Assembly: GCF_006345805.1 (NCBI RefSeq)
Contig: NC_043024.1
Span: 5,580,001 to 5,644,000, forward strand
DNA: 64,000 nt
Reading direction: 5' to 3'
Source: Octopus sinensis
Taxonomy: Eukaryota
Of this stretch, positions 22,945-37,620 are shown piece by piece. The notes under the pieces were generated by a model that saw only the letters and a list, made by a program, of their open reading frames with translations, searched no databases and was not told where the DNA came from. A program made the translations under genes and the position numbers. Position 1 is the stretch's first letter. Each line of letters starts with the position of its first letter.

Positions 22945-25900
22945 TCTGGTGCCGGTGTGGCTGTGTGGTAAGACGCTTGCTTTCCAGCCATATGGTTCCG
23001 GGTTCAGTCCCATTGCGTAGCACCTTGGGTAAGTAACTTCTACTATAACCACGAGTTGACTAAAGCCCTGTGAGTGGATTTGTTAGACGGAAACTGAAAG
23101 AAGCTCGTCGTATATATGTATATGTGCGTGTCACATCACTTCTTTACAACCGGTGTTAGTGTGTTTACCTCTTCGTAACTTAGCAGTTCGGCAAAAAATA
23201 CGATAGATAGGATTAAAAAGAGAAATACTGGGGTAGATCCACTGGACTAAATAGTTATCAAGGTAGTGCCCCATTACGGCCGCAGTTTAATGACTGAAAC
23301 TAGTAAAAAAAAAGGACCAAATACAGAGAGTATGACAAAAAGAATTAAAAATTTTCAGGGGAAGTAATTGTAAAGAAAATAGCAAGAGTTATCTACCATG
23401 AATTTTAAATTTTAACGCCTATCTTAACTTATCTTGTACCTGTTGCCCTGCTGGAGCACCGCCTTCAAGGGTTTCGTCACTAAACTTTAGTCGAAGAAAG
23501 TGACACCAATACTTTTTATTTCTGAAAGTCTGGTGCTTAAAGTATCGCTCTGCTTTATTGCGCTGGTTATCTTTGAGGATCTCACCAAACCAACACCGGT
23601 TGTCAAACGGTCGTGGTGGTGGTGTTGGTGGTGGGAACAACCACAACGACACGCATACATATAAATACACACACACATACATACATGGAAAAGGCTCAAA
23701 GTCGCAGGATTGCTCACTTTTACCAGCTGAGTGGATTGGAGCAACGTGAAACGAAGTGTTTTATTCAAAGGACACCGCATGTCGTCCGGCCCAAGAATCG
23801 AAACCAAAATCCAAAGAATTTTTTAACCTAATATTTACAAGCTATGGTGGCGACCTAGCAGAGTCGTTAGCATGCCGGACAAAATGCTTAGCGACATTTC
23901 TTCCGTCTTTATGCTCTAAGTTCAAATTTTGACGAGGTTGGTTTTGCCTTTCCTCTTTTTGGGATCGATAGATTAAATATCTATTTCTTTACTACCCACA
24001 AGGGGCCAAATACAGAGAGGACAAACAAGGACAGACAAACGGATTAAGTAGACTAGATCGACTCCAGTGCGTAACTGGTACTTATTTAATCGACTCCGAA
24101 AAGATAAAAGGCAAAGTCGATCTCGGCGGAACTTGAACTCAGAACGTAACGGCAGACGAAATACGGCTACGCATTTCGCTCGGCGTGCTAACGTTTCTGC
24201 CAGCTCGCCCAGTTGTGCACTGGGCGGCGTGTCGATGTAATCGACTTAGCTCCCCTTCCGAAATTGCTGGCCTTGTGCCAAAATTAGAAACCAATATATA
24301 GAAACATATATATGGCAGTGAGCTGGCAGAATCGTGAGCACCCCGGGGAAATGCTTAGCGGCATTTCGTCCGTCTGTATGTTCTGAGCTGAAATTTCACT
24401 GGGGCCGACTTTACATCTTTTTGAAGGATGATAAAACAAGAACACTGGGGTCCATATAATCGGCTTCTCCCTTTTTCCAAAGTTGCTGGCCTTGTGCCAA
24501 AATTTGAAACGGTGCCCCAGCATGGCCGCAGTCTAATGATTGAAATAAGTTACCAATTACGCACTGGGGTCGATATAATCGACTTAATCCGTTTGTCTGT
24601 CCTTGTTTGTCCGTCTCTATGTTTAGCCCCTTGTGGGTAATAAAGAAATAAGTATTTCCTCTTCCGCTACGTTCTGAGTTCAAATTCCACCGAGGTCGAC
24701 TTTGCCTTTCATCCTTTCGGGGTCGATTAAATAAGTACCAGTTACGTCCTGGGGTCGATATAATCGACTTAATCCGTTTGTCTGCCCTTGGTTGTCCTCT
24801 CTGTGTTTAGCCCCTTGTGGGTAGTAAAGAAATAGACATTTGGTCCGTCATCACGTTCTGAGTTCAAATTCCACTGGAGCCGACTTTGCCTTTAACTTTT
24901 GTTTTAGATGTCGATAAAATAAGTATCAATTGAACACTGGGGTCGATGTGATCGACTAACCCCCTACCCACCAAATTCCAGGCCTTGTGCCAAAATTAGA
25001 AACCAATATTTGCATGGTGTTATAGCTTCATCCGCTTCGTGTTTCTATGACAGTCTTCCACAGTTTCTTTCTATGAAGATATAAATTGGCCGGAGGCAAT
25101 AGAAGACAGTTGTCCAAAGTGCCTTGAAGTGGGACTGAACCCGAAATCATGTGGTTGCAAAGCGAGCTTCTAAACCACACAGCCTGTGCCTATACGGTCA
25201 TGCATGTGATGAAAGGTTTAGGGTCGCATTAAATCGAGTCAGAGGCACTATACTATCATTACCCCTAATATCATAGTACCCTAGATAAGCATCGGTTTAA
25301 CGTACCGGAAGCTAGTGACAGACTCATCAGCAAGCCCCAAATTTGACGTTTATTTCTAGAAATCCAGGTGGCACTATAGCAAATCTATTATTGTTCTTTA
25401 AGTAGGGGGTCATTGTTTTAGCCACAGGTCTGGCTTATTCGAATTGACCAATGATCAAAAGCGCTTTTGTTATGACCATCTTGTCTTTTTTTTATTGCAT
25501 ACGTATTATATCTAGGACTACATTAGAGGAAGGTCAGGGCTTGTAAGAGAGAGTGGAAGAAGAGGTGATCTGGCTAGTAGTTTCGGGGCTTGAGGCCTAA
25601 GGAGAGTCCTGAAGATTCAAGAAAAGGGGTCACATAAATTTCTGACAGTACAAGCTTCACCTATCCTATTTTCCCAACGGGGGTTCGAAAGCTACCTGGT
25701 TCTCCTTTGCAAATTTCTCGAAGATACACTTTGCAATGGATCTTTCAATTTTTAAGATGCTAGGCAGTGATATAAGACAGATATAGCTGCTATTTTTAGC
25801 AACTCCATCATAAGGTTTCCATAATTACTGTTGTACAATGCATAGACCCTTAGTTAGGCTCATGTGATATTAGGGTCCAGTTTAATATCTTTCAATTTTT

Positions 25901-26375
25901 AAGACGGTGATCTTTGATATAAGGGCGATAAGGCAACGTTTTCTAACGGGTCTATCTGTCGTAAAAGTTTCCATAATTACTGTTGTACAATGCAAAGATC
26001 CTTAGTTAGGCACTTGTGCTATTAGGGCCAAGTTTAAGGCGGCCAGCTGGCAGAATCTTTAACACACCGGGCAAAATACTCAGCGGCATTTCGACTGTCT
26101 TTACGTTTAGAACTCAAATTCCACAATTCTTTGCCTTTTATACTTTTGGAGTCAATAAAATAAGTTCTAGTTGAGCACTGGGGTCGACCTACCCTTCTCC
26201 CGAAATTAATGGCATTGTGCCAAAATTTGAAATCGATATTAGGTAAGTAGCTCGCTTACCAACCACATGGTTCCGGGTTCAGTGTGGCACCTTGGGCAAG
26301 TGTCTTCTACTATAGCCTCGGGCCGACCAAAGCCTTGTGAATGGATTCGGTAGACGGAAACTGAAAGAAACTGTC

Positions 26376-26410
<35 letters not shown>

Positions 26411-26625
26411 ATATATATGTATGCATGTGTGTGTGTGTGTGCATATGTTCGTGTGTCTGTGTTTGTCTCCCCCCACCCCAACATCGCTTGACAACCGATG
26501 CTGGTGTGTTTAAGTCCCCGTAACTTAGCGGTTCGGCAATAGAGAACCGATAGAATAAGTCGATTTGCTCGACTAAAGGCTGTTCTCACGCATGGCCGCA
26601 GTCAAATGACTGAAACAAGTAAACC
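22945..26625. mobile_element. Dense nested cluster of SINE A and B copies
   Basis: B at ~22945-23310 (+), 23420-23660 (-), 25040-25190 (-) and 26245-26625 (+). A at ~23840-24295, 24315-25010 and 26036-26240. Confidence 0.75.
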
Positions 26626-27215
26626 CAGTTTAATGCCTTTCAATTTCTGGGATGGTAGTCTTTGATATACGGGTGATGAGACTGCTATTTCGAGCGGGTT
26701 TGCAAAACACAACGAAAATTTTAGGACCAGAAAAATAAAAATAAAAAACGTGGAAATTTTACCTGTGAGTGTGTTACATTATAAGGCACAAAAAGAAAAG
26801 GACTCTCCCCAGACACAACAGAATATGCTTCAACACACGAACTCATATAAGGAATCTTGCAAACCGAATCCAAATACGAAATATCTGCCATAAGATTTTC
26901 GGCAATTATTGTCATTTGGCTTGTATGTATGATCTTAGAGACCAAGTTACTGTCCTTCAATTTGTTTTAGCTGATAGGCGATGAGGTTACTCTTTCTAGC
27001 GAATATATTTCTCGTACGATTTTCCGTAATTACATTTGTACTATGTTTTCCACCTTTTGTTAGGCTGTAGCCCAAATTTGACGTTTATTTCTAGAAATCC
27101 AGGTGGCACTATAGCAAATCTATTATTGTTCTTTAAGTAGGGGGTCATAGTTTTAGCCAGTAGTCGAGGCTAAACTATCTTCCATTTGTAACTGAAACAT
27201 TATCTTTATCATCAG

Positions 27216-27410
27216 TTAATCCGTCGTTGTCGACAATGACCAAAAACATCCCTTGGGGGAAGAAGAAAGGCTCCGGTGTGTCCGACTGAGGTCAATCAGT
27301 CCGATGCGTGCTCGGAATACTCTGCCGCAGATCGAACATTGGCAATCTGCTGGGACGAAAAGCAAGCAGTTGGCTTGGAACTGAAGTTCGCAAGAACGGT
27401 TTAGCAGCAT
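27216..27410 (-). mobile_element. RTE-BovB-like ORF2 C-terminal fragment
   Basis: CSICGRVFRARIGLIDLSRTHR resembles the RTE C-terminal CxxCGRxFxARIGLxSHxRTH motif. Confidence 0.7.
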
Positions 27411-27519
27411 AGTCTTTCTCCGATATGTAGTTGTTATGGCATTAAGGGCCAGCTTAATAGAGGATCCTTAACCAGTATGGATGGGGACAACATATCGACT
27501 TCCAGGGAGCTTCAAATCC

Positions 27520-27932
27520 TATTTCTTTACTACCCACAAGGGGCTAAACACAGAGGGGACAAACAAGGACAGACAAACGGATTAAGTCGATTATATCGAC
27601 CCCAGTGCATAACTGGTACTTATTTAATCGACCCCGAAAGGATGAAAGGCAAAGTCGGCCTCGGCGGAATTTGAACTCACAAAGTAACGGCAGACGAAAT
27701 ACCTATTTCTTTACAACCCACAAGGGGCTAAACACAGAGGGGACAAACAAGGACAGACAAACGGATTAAGTCGATTATATCGTCCCCAATGCGTAACTGG
27801 TACTTATTTAATCGAACCCGAAAGAATAAAAGGCAAAGTCGACCTCGGCGGAATATGAACTCAGAACGCAACGGCAGACGAAATCCGCTAAACATTTCGC
27901 CAGGCGTGCTAACGCTTCTGCCAGCTCGCCGC
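27520..27932 (-). mobile_element. SINE A1 dimer
   Basis: Two bodies joined at GAAATACCTATTTC (~27696-27709), one head. Confidence 0.85.
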
Positions 27933-28487
27933 GTCAAATCCGATCACTTAATCAAAACTTACGTATTAATTCAAAGAAAGTTGATCATTACAAGGTAGAT
28001 AACTCTTGTACTTTTACTAAGAATTGTCTCCCTTGGAAAGCCTTTCAATTTTGGCTTTTTTTTTCACTCATGTAACAGTTCTCCAAATTTACACGACCCT
28101 AAGAGAGAAACTTCACATGTTCTGTACAAGGTATCTACGTGTGTTAGAAATAACAGTCAAATCTCATTCAGATAGCCCCACTACTATAATCTTTTAGAAA
28201 ATAATAACGTACAGAGATAGATATATGTACACACTCACAAGCCTACATACACACATGCACAAACACACATACACATACGTGCACGTACACATATACACAA
28301 GCGCGCGCACACACACACACATACAAATACACATAAGCATACATACGCATACACGCACGTACACACACACATGCGCGCGCGCACACACACACACACGCAC
28401 GTACACATACATACACATATATAGACACAAGTACGCACAAACACAAAAATAGAGAGACACATATACGCACGCACACACGCTTACACG

Positions 28488-28536
<49 letters not shown>

Positions 28537-28962
28537 CACGCCTACATACACAAACTTGCATGCACGCGAGCATGCAGACACTTACGCAGACACAAATATA
28601 TTAAAAGACGGGATGGCCACGGTCGGCAGGTCACAAGTTTACCCAGTCAAGGACGAGTAAATAAACTCTTCTACATTCATACTGTGCTTTTCTTTGTCGA
28701 ATTTTAAACAAACTTCCACTTGCATATATGCAACAACTCACCACACACGCGCGTGCACACATGCATTGACATGGTGACGGATGTATATACATACATATCA
28801 TATATATATTTAACGGGAGGGAGAGAAGGATCAGAAAGATGAGAGAAGGATGAGATAGGTAAATACTTAGGTGGGTAGGTAGATGGAGAGACAGAGAGGT
28901 AGGTAGGTAGGTATAGATAAATAGATAGATAGATAGATAGATAGATAGAAAGAAAGATAGAT

Positions 28963-29009
<47 letters not shown>

Positions 29010-29744
29010 CATAGATAGATATATAGATAGACAGATAGATAGATTGATTGGTTGATAGACAAACATAGAAAGATTTGGCTGTTATATCAAGCATATTTCT
29101 ACACATGTTCAAATATCCAGTCTGGATACTATTCCAGTGGAGTTTGCACATAATAAACTAATTAAGGTTATATCTACAGATTTTAAGTAGAAATTAGCGC
29201 CAGCATTAAAAGTTACAACGTTTCGTATACGAATACGTCTATATTTCATAGTATATTGTGGTTGCGTAATGGAAATCGATGTCCCTACCAGCAATTAATA
29301 TTATAAAGTATTTAATAGGAACACCATGAAGGTCAGCCACTCACGCCTATTGTAAAAATTTTCCTACGTAGGCTAAACAATACACTGAGATATGATTCTC
29401 TGAACTAAATGAAAGCTAGCGAGTAAGTTCCTAAATGTAATTGTATCGACCCCAGAACCCAACTTACCAAATGATTATTCTTTGAGCAAAGGGGAAGCTT
29501 AAAAGGAAACTTTTAAATTGAGAACATCCTTTTCTACAAATCACACAAGATAAACAGAAAATATATGACTTCAAGATCAGATTTTTACTTGGCAATTTGC
29601 TCAAATACATACAAAATAGAAAAAGAGAAATACTCAATTAGCATCTCAAAATACACGTGGTTTTAAAAGACTACACACACACATTATGTGTGTGTGTGTG
29701 TATACGTATGGATGTCTGTATTTTTGTAGGTCTCTATATATATG

Positions 29745-29775
<31 letters not shown>

Positions 29776-29780
29776 GTATA

Positions 29781-29824
<44 letters not shown>

Positions 29825-29843
29825 CACACACATAAAGATATAG

Positions 29844-29875
<32 letters not shown>

Positions 29876-30039
29876 ATATATTATATATATATTATATATA
29901 TATTATATATATATATAAACACAAATACATACATACAAACATACATACACACACACATATATATATATATGTATACACACACACATATATATATACATAA
30001 TACTTACATATGTATACATACATACATATATATATGTAT

Positions 30040-30109
<70 letters not shown>

Positions 30110-30191
30110 CATACGTACGTACGTACGTACGTACGTACATACATACATGCATACATACATACTTACATAAATACATACATACATACATACA

Positions 30192-30225
<34 letters not shown>

Positions 30226-30544
30226 CATACATACACACGCACATACCAACTGCCAGATAGATACCTATGCACCTTCCCGTTCTGCATAGACACAAACAAA
30301 AACATTACTTATCAAACTTATGAATCTTAGAAGAGAAATCGAAGTGTCAGAGAGGTTGAGGAGAGTTCAAACCAGTTACTCGGTGATTGATGGATTTATT
30401 TTAAAACTCTGTAACAGCTTCAAATGAATGATGTTTAACAGCTTGTTACAAAATCAACATGTGTGTGTGCGGTGTGTGTGTGTGTGTGTGTGTGTGTGCG
30501 ATGTGTGCGCGCGTGTGAGTTTGTGTGTATATATATATAAGTGT

Positions 30545-30950
30545 TTACTTTCTCTTTTACTCTTTTACTTGTTTCAGTCATTTGACTGAGGCCATGCTGG
30601 AGCACCGCCTTTAGTCGAGCAAATCGACCCCAGGACTTATTCTTTGTAAGCCTAGCACTTATTCTATCGGTCACTTTTACCGAACTGAAAAGTTACGGGG
30701 ACGTAAACACACCAGCATCGCTTGTCAAGCAATGCTAGGGGGACAAACACAGACACACAAACACACACACACATACATATATATACATATATACGACAGG
30801 CTTCTTTCAGTTTCTGTCTACCAAATCCACTCACAAGGCTTTGGTCGGCCCGAGGCTATAGTAGAAGACACTTGCTCAAGGTGCCAAGCAGAGGAACTGA
30901 ACCCGGAACCATGTGGTTGGTAAACAAGCTACTTATCACACAGCCACTCC
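30545..30950 (-). mobile_element. SINE family B
   Basis: Collinear with 19918-20389. Confidence 0.85.
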
Positions 30951-31296
30951 TATGTTTTTTTATGTATATGCATGCATGCTATGATAACATCGACACAGAA
31001 AAGTTCTGTTTTGTGATAGGAGCGCCATTTGGGTATCACAGACGTCAGGACAAAGCTGCTGGTGTCATGAAATTAATTCAGGAGGCGCGTGAGGTAACTT
31101 AGTGGTTCGGTAAAAAACACCGATAGAAAAGAGACCCCAGTGCTCAACTGATATTCATTCTATCGATCCCGAAAGGATAAAAAGCAAAGTTGACTTCGCC
31201 GGAATTTGAACCCAGAACGTAAAGACGGACGAAATACAGCTAAACCTTTTGTCCGCTGCGTTAACGACTCTGCCAGGTCGTTGCAATAATAATAAT

Positions 31297-31332
<36 letters not shown>

Positions 31333-31342
31333 AATAATAATA

Positions 31343-31373
<31 letters not shown>

Positions 31374-31589
31374 CTATTCGCAGAAGTAGGTAAGTTGATT
31401 ACATCGACTCCAGAGTGCAACCGGTATTTATTTTATCAGTCCCGAAGAATGAACTGCAAAGTCGGCCTCGGCGGAATTTAAACCCAAAACATAAAGACAG
31501 ACGAAACGTTGCTAACCGTTTTGTCCGGCGTGCTAACGGTTCAGTAGGCTTGTTGCCTCTGCATAATGATAATAATAATTGTAATAAAT

Positions 31590-31830
31590 CATTTCAGTTA
31601 TGATATCGGGATGGAGTCTGGTGTTGATAAATGCGCCAAGGCAACTTTCCAGAAAGGGAAATTGAAGACCTCCAACTTGAGCAGGCAAAAACTCACAAAT
31701 ACCTAGGAATAAATGAAGGCTCTGGCATTTAGCGAACAAGTACGAAAAAGACGATCAGAAAGGAATGTTATAGAATTCGAGCTGTTCCGAAATCTGAGCT
31801 AAAGGCATATGACAAGTGTTACGGTCATCT
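31590..31830 (+). mobile_element. R4/Dong-like RT fragment
   Basis: DIGMESGVDKCAKATFQKGKL and IRKECYRIRAVPKSEL; homologous to the 60110-62212 element; adjacent to an (AAT)n tract. Confidence 0.6.
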
Positions 31831-32044
31831 CTACAGATTATCGTTAGAAATTATTGCCAGCATTGATTTTGTTAGGTTGTTTCGTATCTGAGAGGCCAAA
31901 CCACGGGATCGAAGATGAACAAAAGGGTAATGCCAAAGAATATGCCATAATCTGCGAGTTTTGCTTGTTTATCAGCAATCGTTAATCATCCACGATTTTG
32001 TTACTTAAATAGCTACTAAATACAACAGTGTAACGTTATTGGAT

Positions 32045-32465
32045 ACTCTTTACTCTTTTACTTGTTTCAGTGATTTGACTGCGGCCATGCTGGAGCACCG
32101 CCTTTAATCGAGCAACTCGACCCCGGGACTTATTCTTTGTAAGCCAAGTACTTATTCTATCAGTCTCTTATGCCGAACCGTTAAGTAACGGGGACATAAA
32201 CACACCAGCATCGGTTGTCAAGCAATGCTACGGGGACAAACACAGACACACAAACACACACATGCACATATATATATATACACATATATACATATATACA
32301 TATATACGACGGGCTTCTTTCAGTTTCCATCTACCAAATCCATTCACAAGGCTTTGGTCGGCCCGCGGCTATAGTAGAAGACACTTGCCCAAGGTGCCAC
32401 GCAGTGGGACTGAACCCGGAACCATGTGGTTGGTAAACAAGCTACTTACCACACAGCCATTCCTG
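32045..32465 (-). mobile_element. SINE family B
   Basis: Collinear with other B copies. Confidence 0.85.
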
Positions 32466-32739
32466 CGTATATATATCAATTTACATACTAAACAAACTTC
32501 TGGAAGCTGGTACGTAAATATTAACGGCTTATAGGTACGCAGTATTTTGTTATGCAATCATAATATACTACAAAGTATATTGAACGTTTTTATAAGTCAA
32601 TACCATGTTCTGTGTTTGCAGTGCTCTTAAATCACGTGTTAAGATCAACTCTACAGGTTTTCCATAGAAATTATAGCCAAACTGATTTTTGTTTCGCTGT
32701 TTCGTATACGAAATGTCAGGATGTAAATAAACAATGAGA

Positions 32740-33500
32740 TCGAAAATGAAAAAAATGGGTAAAGGTCGTATATGCCATATTTACTTATGTGATGAAAAAT
32801 GGAATTGATCCAAAATGGCGATTCTGTAATGATGAGATCGAAACTGGACCGCCTAATCCCTGGATGTAAAGTTTTAACACCAGCGGTGTATGATATGAAT
32901 CAAGACATGACAGAGTTGGCCAATATCTACACTGGTTAATGTGTCGGCATTATAAAGTCGAAACTGTTGACAAACGGTATAAGCACCACCCTGAAGTTGT
33001 AATTGAGGGAGAAAATGTAGAATTCTTTGCGACTTCCCAGTACATACAGACAGAACCATCAAAGCTAATAAATCGGATATTATTGTGAAAGACTAAAGCA
33101 ATAAAGTCTGTTTATTGATCGACTTGACCATTCCTTATGATCATAATATCTCTGCAAAAGGATTTGACAAGCTCATAAGATATAAAGGTTTTGCTTATCG
33201 AAATCGAAAAAAATGTGGCATCTCAAAGACGGTTACAATACCAGTAATTGTAGGAGTACTTGGAATGAACAAAAAAGGGACTGAGGGTTATTTGGGGATG
33301 ATCGTTGGCTTACCATCCATGCAAGAAGTGCAAAAGATTGTTTTAACGGGTACGTCATACGTATTGAGAAGAGCATTGTTATTGTGAGAACGACTACCAC
33401 CCAAGTAAAAGATTTTTTTTGTTTTTCGTTTACTTAACATAACTTTGTAAATGAACAATCTGGTGTGATTATCTTAATGGCTAATCAGTGTATATGGTGA
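32740..33500 (+). mobile_element. R4/Dong-like C-terminal zinc knuckle and restriction-like endonuclease fragment
   Basis: RHDRVGQYLHW, ANKSDIIVKD, LLIDLTIPYD and TIPVIVGVLG; followed by (TAA)n at ~33507-33566. Confidence 0.75.
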
Positions 33501-33505
33501 GTGTC

Positions 33506-33568
<63 letters not shown>

Positions 33569-33739
33569 TGAGAATTGTTGCTGCTCATGTATTTTAATTT
33601 AACTTAAAAAAAAAAAAAATGAACGAACTATTGAGTTTGGTTTAATGGCCTACCAATGTATACTATGAGTTTCTTTGCCCTAGGAGTCGGGAAGACACTC
33701 GGCAAGAAATGGAAGCAAATTTGAAAGAAGAAAACAAAA

Positions 33740-33774
<35 letters not shown>

Positions 33775-33775
<1 letters not shown>

Positions 33776-34047
33776 TGGCATCTAAAAACAGAAACAATTC
33801 CTATCATAGTAGGTGCATTAGGCATGATAAAAAATATTCAGACAAATACATAACAAAAACACCAGGACTTACAAACACATATAACATACAGAAAATTGCA
33901 CTACTAGGCACTGCACACATCCTACGCAGAACACTTTCCATACAATAACCATCAGAGCATCACAACAAATCACAGCACATACCTAAGGCACACAGAGCTG
34001 TGCTCGGTAGTGAAGTGAAAGCATGCTATAAAAATAAAACTACTGAA
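33775..34047 (+). mobile_element. R4/Dong-like 3' end, flanked by (TAA)n
   Basis: KTETIPIIVGALG...GTAHILRRTLSIQ* plus 3' UTR ending AAAATAAAACTACTGAA; near-identical to 54805-55140. Confidence 0.8.
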
Positions 34048-34986
34048 TGATAATAATAATAATAATAGTTTCAAATTTTGGCATAAGGCCAACAGTTTCG
34101 GGGAAGGGGCAAAGTCGGTTGCATCAACACCAGTGCTCAACCGGTACTTATTTTATCGAACTCGAAAGGATAAAAGGTAAAAATCAGCCTCGGCGGGATT
34201 TGAACTCAGATTGTAAAGACGGACGAAATACGGCTAAGCATTTCGCTGAGCCGCCTTAGTAATAACAATAATAACCCTTTCTGCTATAGACATAAGGCCT
34301 GGATTTTGCGGGAGAGGGAAAGTCGATGAGCTGGCAGAAACGGTAGCATGCTGGACGAAATGCTGAGCGGTATTTCGTCTGCCGTTACGTTCTGAGTTCA
34401 AATTCCGCCGAGGTCGACTTTGCCTTTCATCCTTTCGGGGTCGATAAATTAAGTACCAGTTACGCACTGGGGTCGATGGAATCGACTTAATCGCTTTGTC
34501 TGTCCTTGTTTGTCCCCTCTGTGTTTAGCCCCTTGTGGGTAGTAAAGAAATATATATTGACAACAGTGTTTCACTAGTACATATTTTATCTACTCCGAAA
34601 GGATAAAGGGCAAAGTCGACTTCAGTGGAATTTGAACTCAGAACGTAAAGACGAATGAAATTCCACTAAGCATTATATATATATATTTGTGCGCGAGTGT
34701 ATATATTTGTGTGTGTGTGTCTGTTCCTTCACCATCGCTTGACAACCGATGTTGGTGTGTTTACGCCCCCGTAACTTAGCGGTTCAGAAAAAAAGAAACC
34801 GATAGAATAAGCACTAAGCTTACAAAGAATAAGTCCTGGGGTCGATTTGTTCGACTAAAATACCCTTTAAGGCGGTGCTCCATTAGGGTGTGAATGACTG
34901 ATACAAGTAAAAGAATAATACAGACGTAGGTACTGCATATATTAGCCGTTCTTTATATACATACATACATACATACATACATACAT

Positions 34987-35022
<36 letters not shown>

Positions 35023-36241
35023 CACACAACAGGCTTCTTTCAGTCTCTGCCTAACAAACTCACAAGAATTCGGTCATCCTGAGGCTAGAGTAGAAGGCAC
35101 TTGCCCCAGGTGACCCGCTGTGGGACTGAACCTGGAACCGTGTGGTTGGGAAGCATTATTCTTACCACACAGCCACGCCTACGCCTATGTTTGTATTATT
35201 CTCTTATAGTAGGGTGGTGCTGCGCTCAAGGTCGTCTTAGCAGTTTTATAGGTTCCCGGGCAAATCAGTATTCTGAGCACCATGGCATTTTACATTGACA
35301 GCAAACTACAGCATACACATATCAGAATTGAGACCTAAGACCCTTGAGACGGCCTTGGTTGCATAAGTAATGATCCGCCTCAAAATAGTACACGGAAATA
35401 AATTACTCTTGTCTGATATTACATGTACGTGTACGCTAAAACGGTGGTGGAGGCATTGAATCGTAGCAAACGGGTGCGATGGAGAGGGTTAGTTAAACAA
35501 AAGACGTGATTGTTTAAAAAACAACTTCGTGTATCACTGGGTAAAAATTGTTTATAGGTCTCTCGTTTTCTTGAAAGCGATGTATATAGGATTGGTACAG
35601 GGATAAAAACGACGGATGTCATGTCGTGATAAAAACGACGCTTGTCATGTCGTGATTTCCTTTGCTACTTTACACTCATGATCTATTTAGTTTACTGTGA
35701 ATGAATGTATGAATATATGTATATGTGTGTATGTATGTATATATATATGTGTACAGATGTATGTGTGTTTGGATATATGTACATAGGTGTGTGTGTGTAT
35801 CTAGATTAGTGCGTATGTACATGTGAATGTTAGTATGTTTGCATGTATGTATGTATGTTTGTATGTATGTATGTATGTATGTATGTATGTATGTATGTGA
35901 TGTGTGTGTTGTGTGTGTATGTATGTATGTATGTATGTATTGTATGAGTATGGTATGTATGAATGTATGTATGTATGTATGTATGTATGTATGAATGGTA
36001 TGTATGTATGTATGTTATTGTATGTATGTATATGCTAACGTATTTATGAATGTATTTAGGTATGTACGTATGTTAGTATGTCTCCTTGTGTGTGTGTTGT
36101 GGTGTGGTGTGTGTGTATGTACGTATGTATGTATAAAGGCATGCTTGCATTTCCTCCTTTGTTGTTTAAAAGTTTAGTTTGACCTTGCAACTGGTCGGTG
36201 TTTAAGACTGTAAATGTGTGTGTACCTGCGTGTTTAATATG

Positions 36242-36284
<43 letters not shown>

Positions 36285-36681
36285 TATATATATATATATA
36301 TTATATATATACATTATATATAATATATATATAATTAATAATAAGGGTGAGAGAATTAGATACTAATTTAATAGTATATCTATTCAACACCAAGTGGCCT
36401 AGTGCTCCGAGAAACCTGGATTATTATAATATTTTATAACATATTTTGTTATTTTTTATTTGCCCTGTCCGTGTGAGCTAACAATCGTACTGACTTTCAT
36501 GGGAAACATGTATTTTCGTGGTTGAAACCTTTTGGATTAACTGGGCTAGAGTGAGCCATATAGTGACCACTCTCTTATATTTATTTTATATATATATATA
36601 TATATAATATAATATATATATATATATTAATATATATATTATATATATATTATTATATATATATATATATATAGATATATA

Positions 36682-36746
<65 letters not shown>

Positions 36747-36869
36747 ACATGGATTCTATTGAATGTATATAGCATGGACTCTATTGAATGTATATAACAA
36801 TTATGAACTGTTCCATTATACTCTTTATATAAAAAATTTTTTTTGATAAGGTTCGTTATTTCAAGAACC

Positions 36870-36969
36870 NNNNNNNNNNNNNNNNNNNNNNNNNNNNNNN
36901 NNNNNNNNNNNNNNNNNNNNNNNNNNNNNNNNNNNNNNNNNNNNNNNNNNNNNNNNNNNNNNNNNNNNN
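36870..36969. other. Assembly gap (100 N)
   Basis: Run of N; the true size is probably unknown. Confidence 0.99.
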
Positions 36970-37249
36970 ATATATATTATATATACAAATATACGACAGG
37001 CTTCTTTCAGGTTCCCTCTACCAAATCCACTAACAAGGCATTGGTCGGCCCGGGGCTATAGCAGAATACACTTGCCCAAGATGCCACGCAGTGGGACTGA
37101 ACCCGGAACCATGCGGTTGGTTAGCAAGCTACTTACCACACAGCCACTCCTGCGCCTATATAAAAAAAAACTAATGGTTTGAAGTTCAGTCAAAGCGGAG
37201 AATTTTCTGCTGAACCTCTTCGTCCAATCTACTGGTTGAGCAAGACCGA

Positions 37250-37620
37250 ATCAAAATAGGGTCATGCGTTACTGAGGTGCTGAGTTACTGAGGTGCAACA
37301 TCTTGCAGCAAAAAAATTCCACAACTTCAAAGTCCTCTTGAATGCTTTGCATAACGGATCGTCACAGCAAGTTCAAGGAAATGGGAACAATCACTACCGT
37401 AAAAAAAGAAAAGAATGGCTCAATTAATCCTTAAACTGCACCTTACAGTAACTCCCGAGAAATTAACATGATGCTCCTCCGTAATATACATATTATTAGG
37501 TCCCCAATAGGAGCAATTATGGCAGTCAATGGAGCCATTTAATTTAAAAGTGTTATGGCTACACAAATGTAGTAGAATGGTTTGCTCCCTCTGTTACTGT
37601 GTAGAAGCCTCCAAAATATA
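37250..37620 (-). mobile_element. Decayed Tc1/mariner-superfamily transposase
   Basis: [20 protein letters not shown]...[14 protein letters not shown] resembles the DEAxFxLNGxVNRHNCxYW...GVTVWC catalytic region. Confidence 0.7.

Noticed and set aside
25324-25330. Minus-strand CTGATGA hits here, at ~27208-27215 and at 54679-54685
   Set aside because: No stem II followed by GAAA and no closing stem I.
26890-26922. Signal-peptide-like stretch (I)RFSAIIVIWL|GTATGT that could splice to 31876
   Set aside because: Begins with ATA, has no in-frame ATG (stop at 26848-26850), and hydrophobic runs are common in AT-rich DNA.
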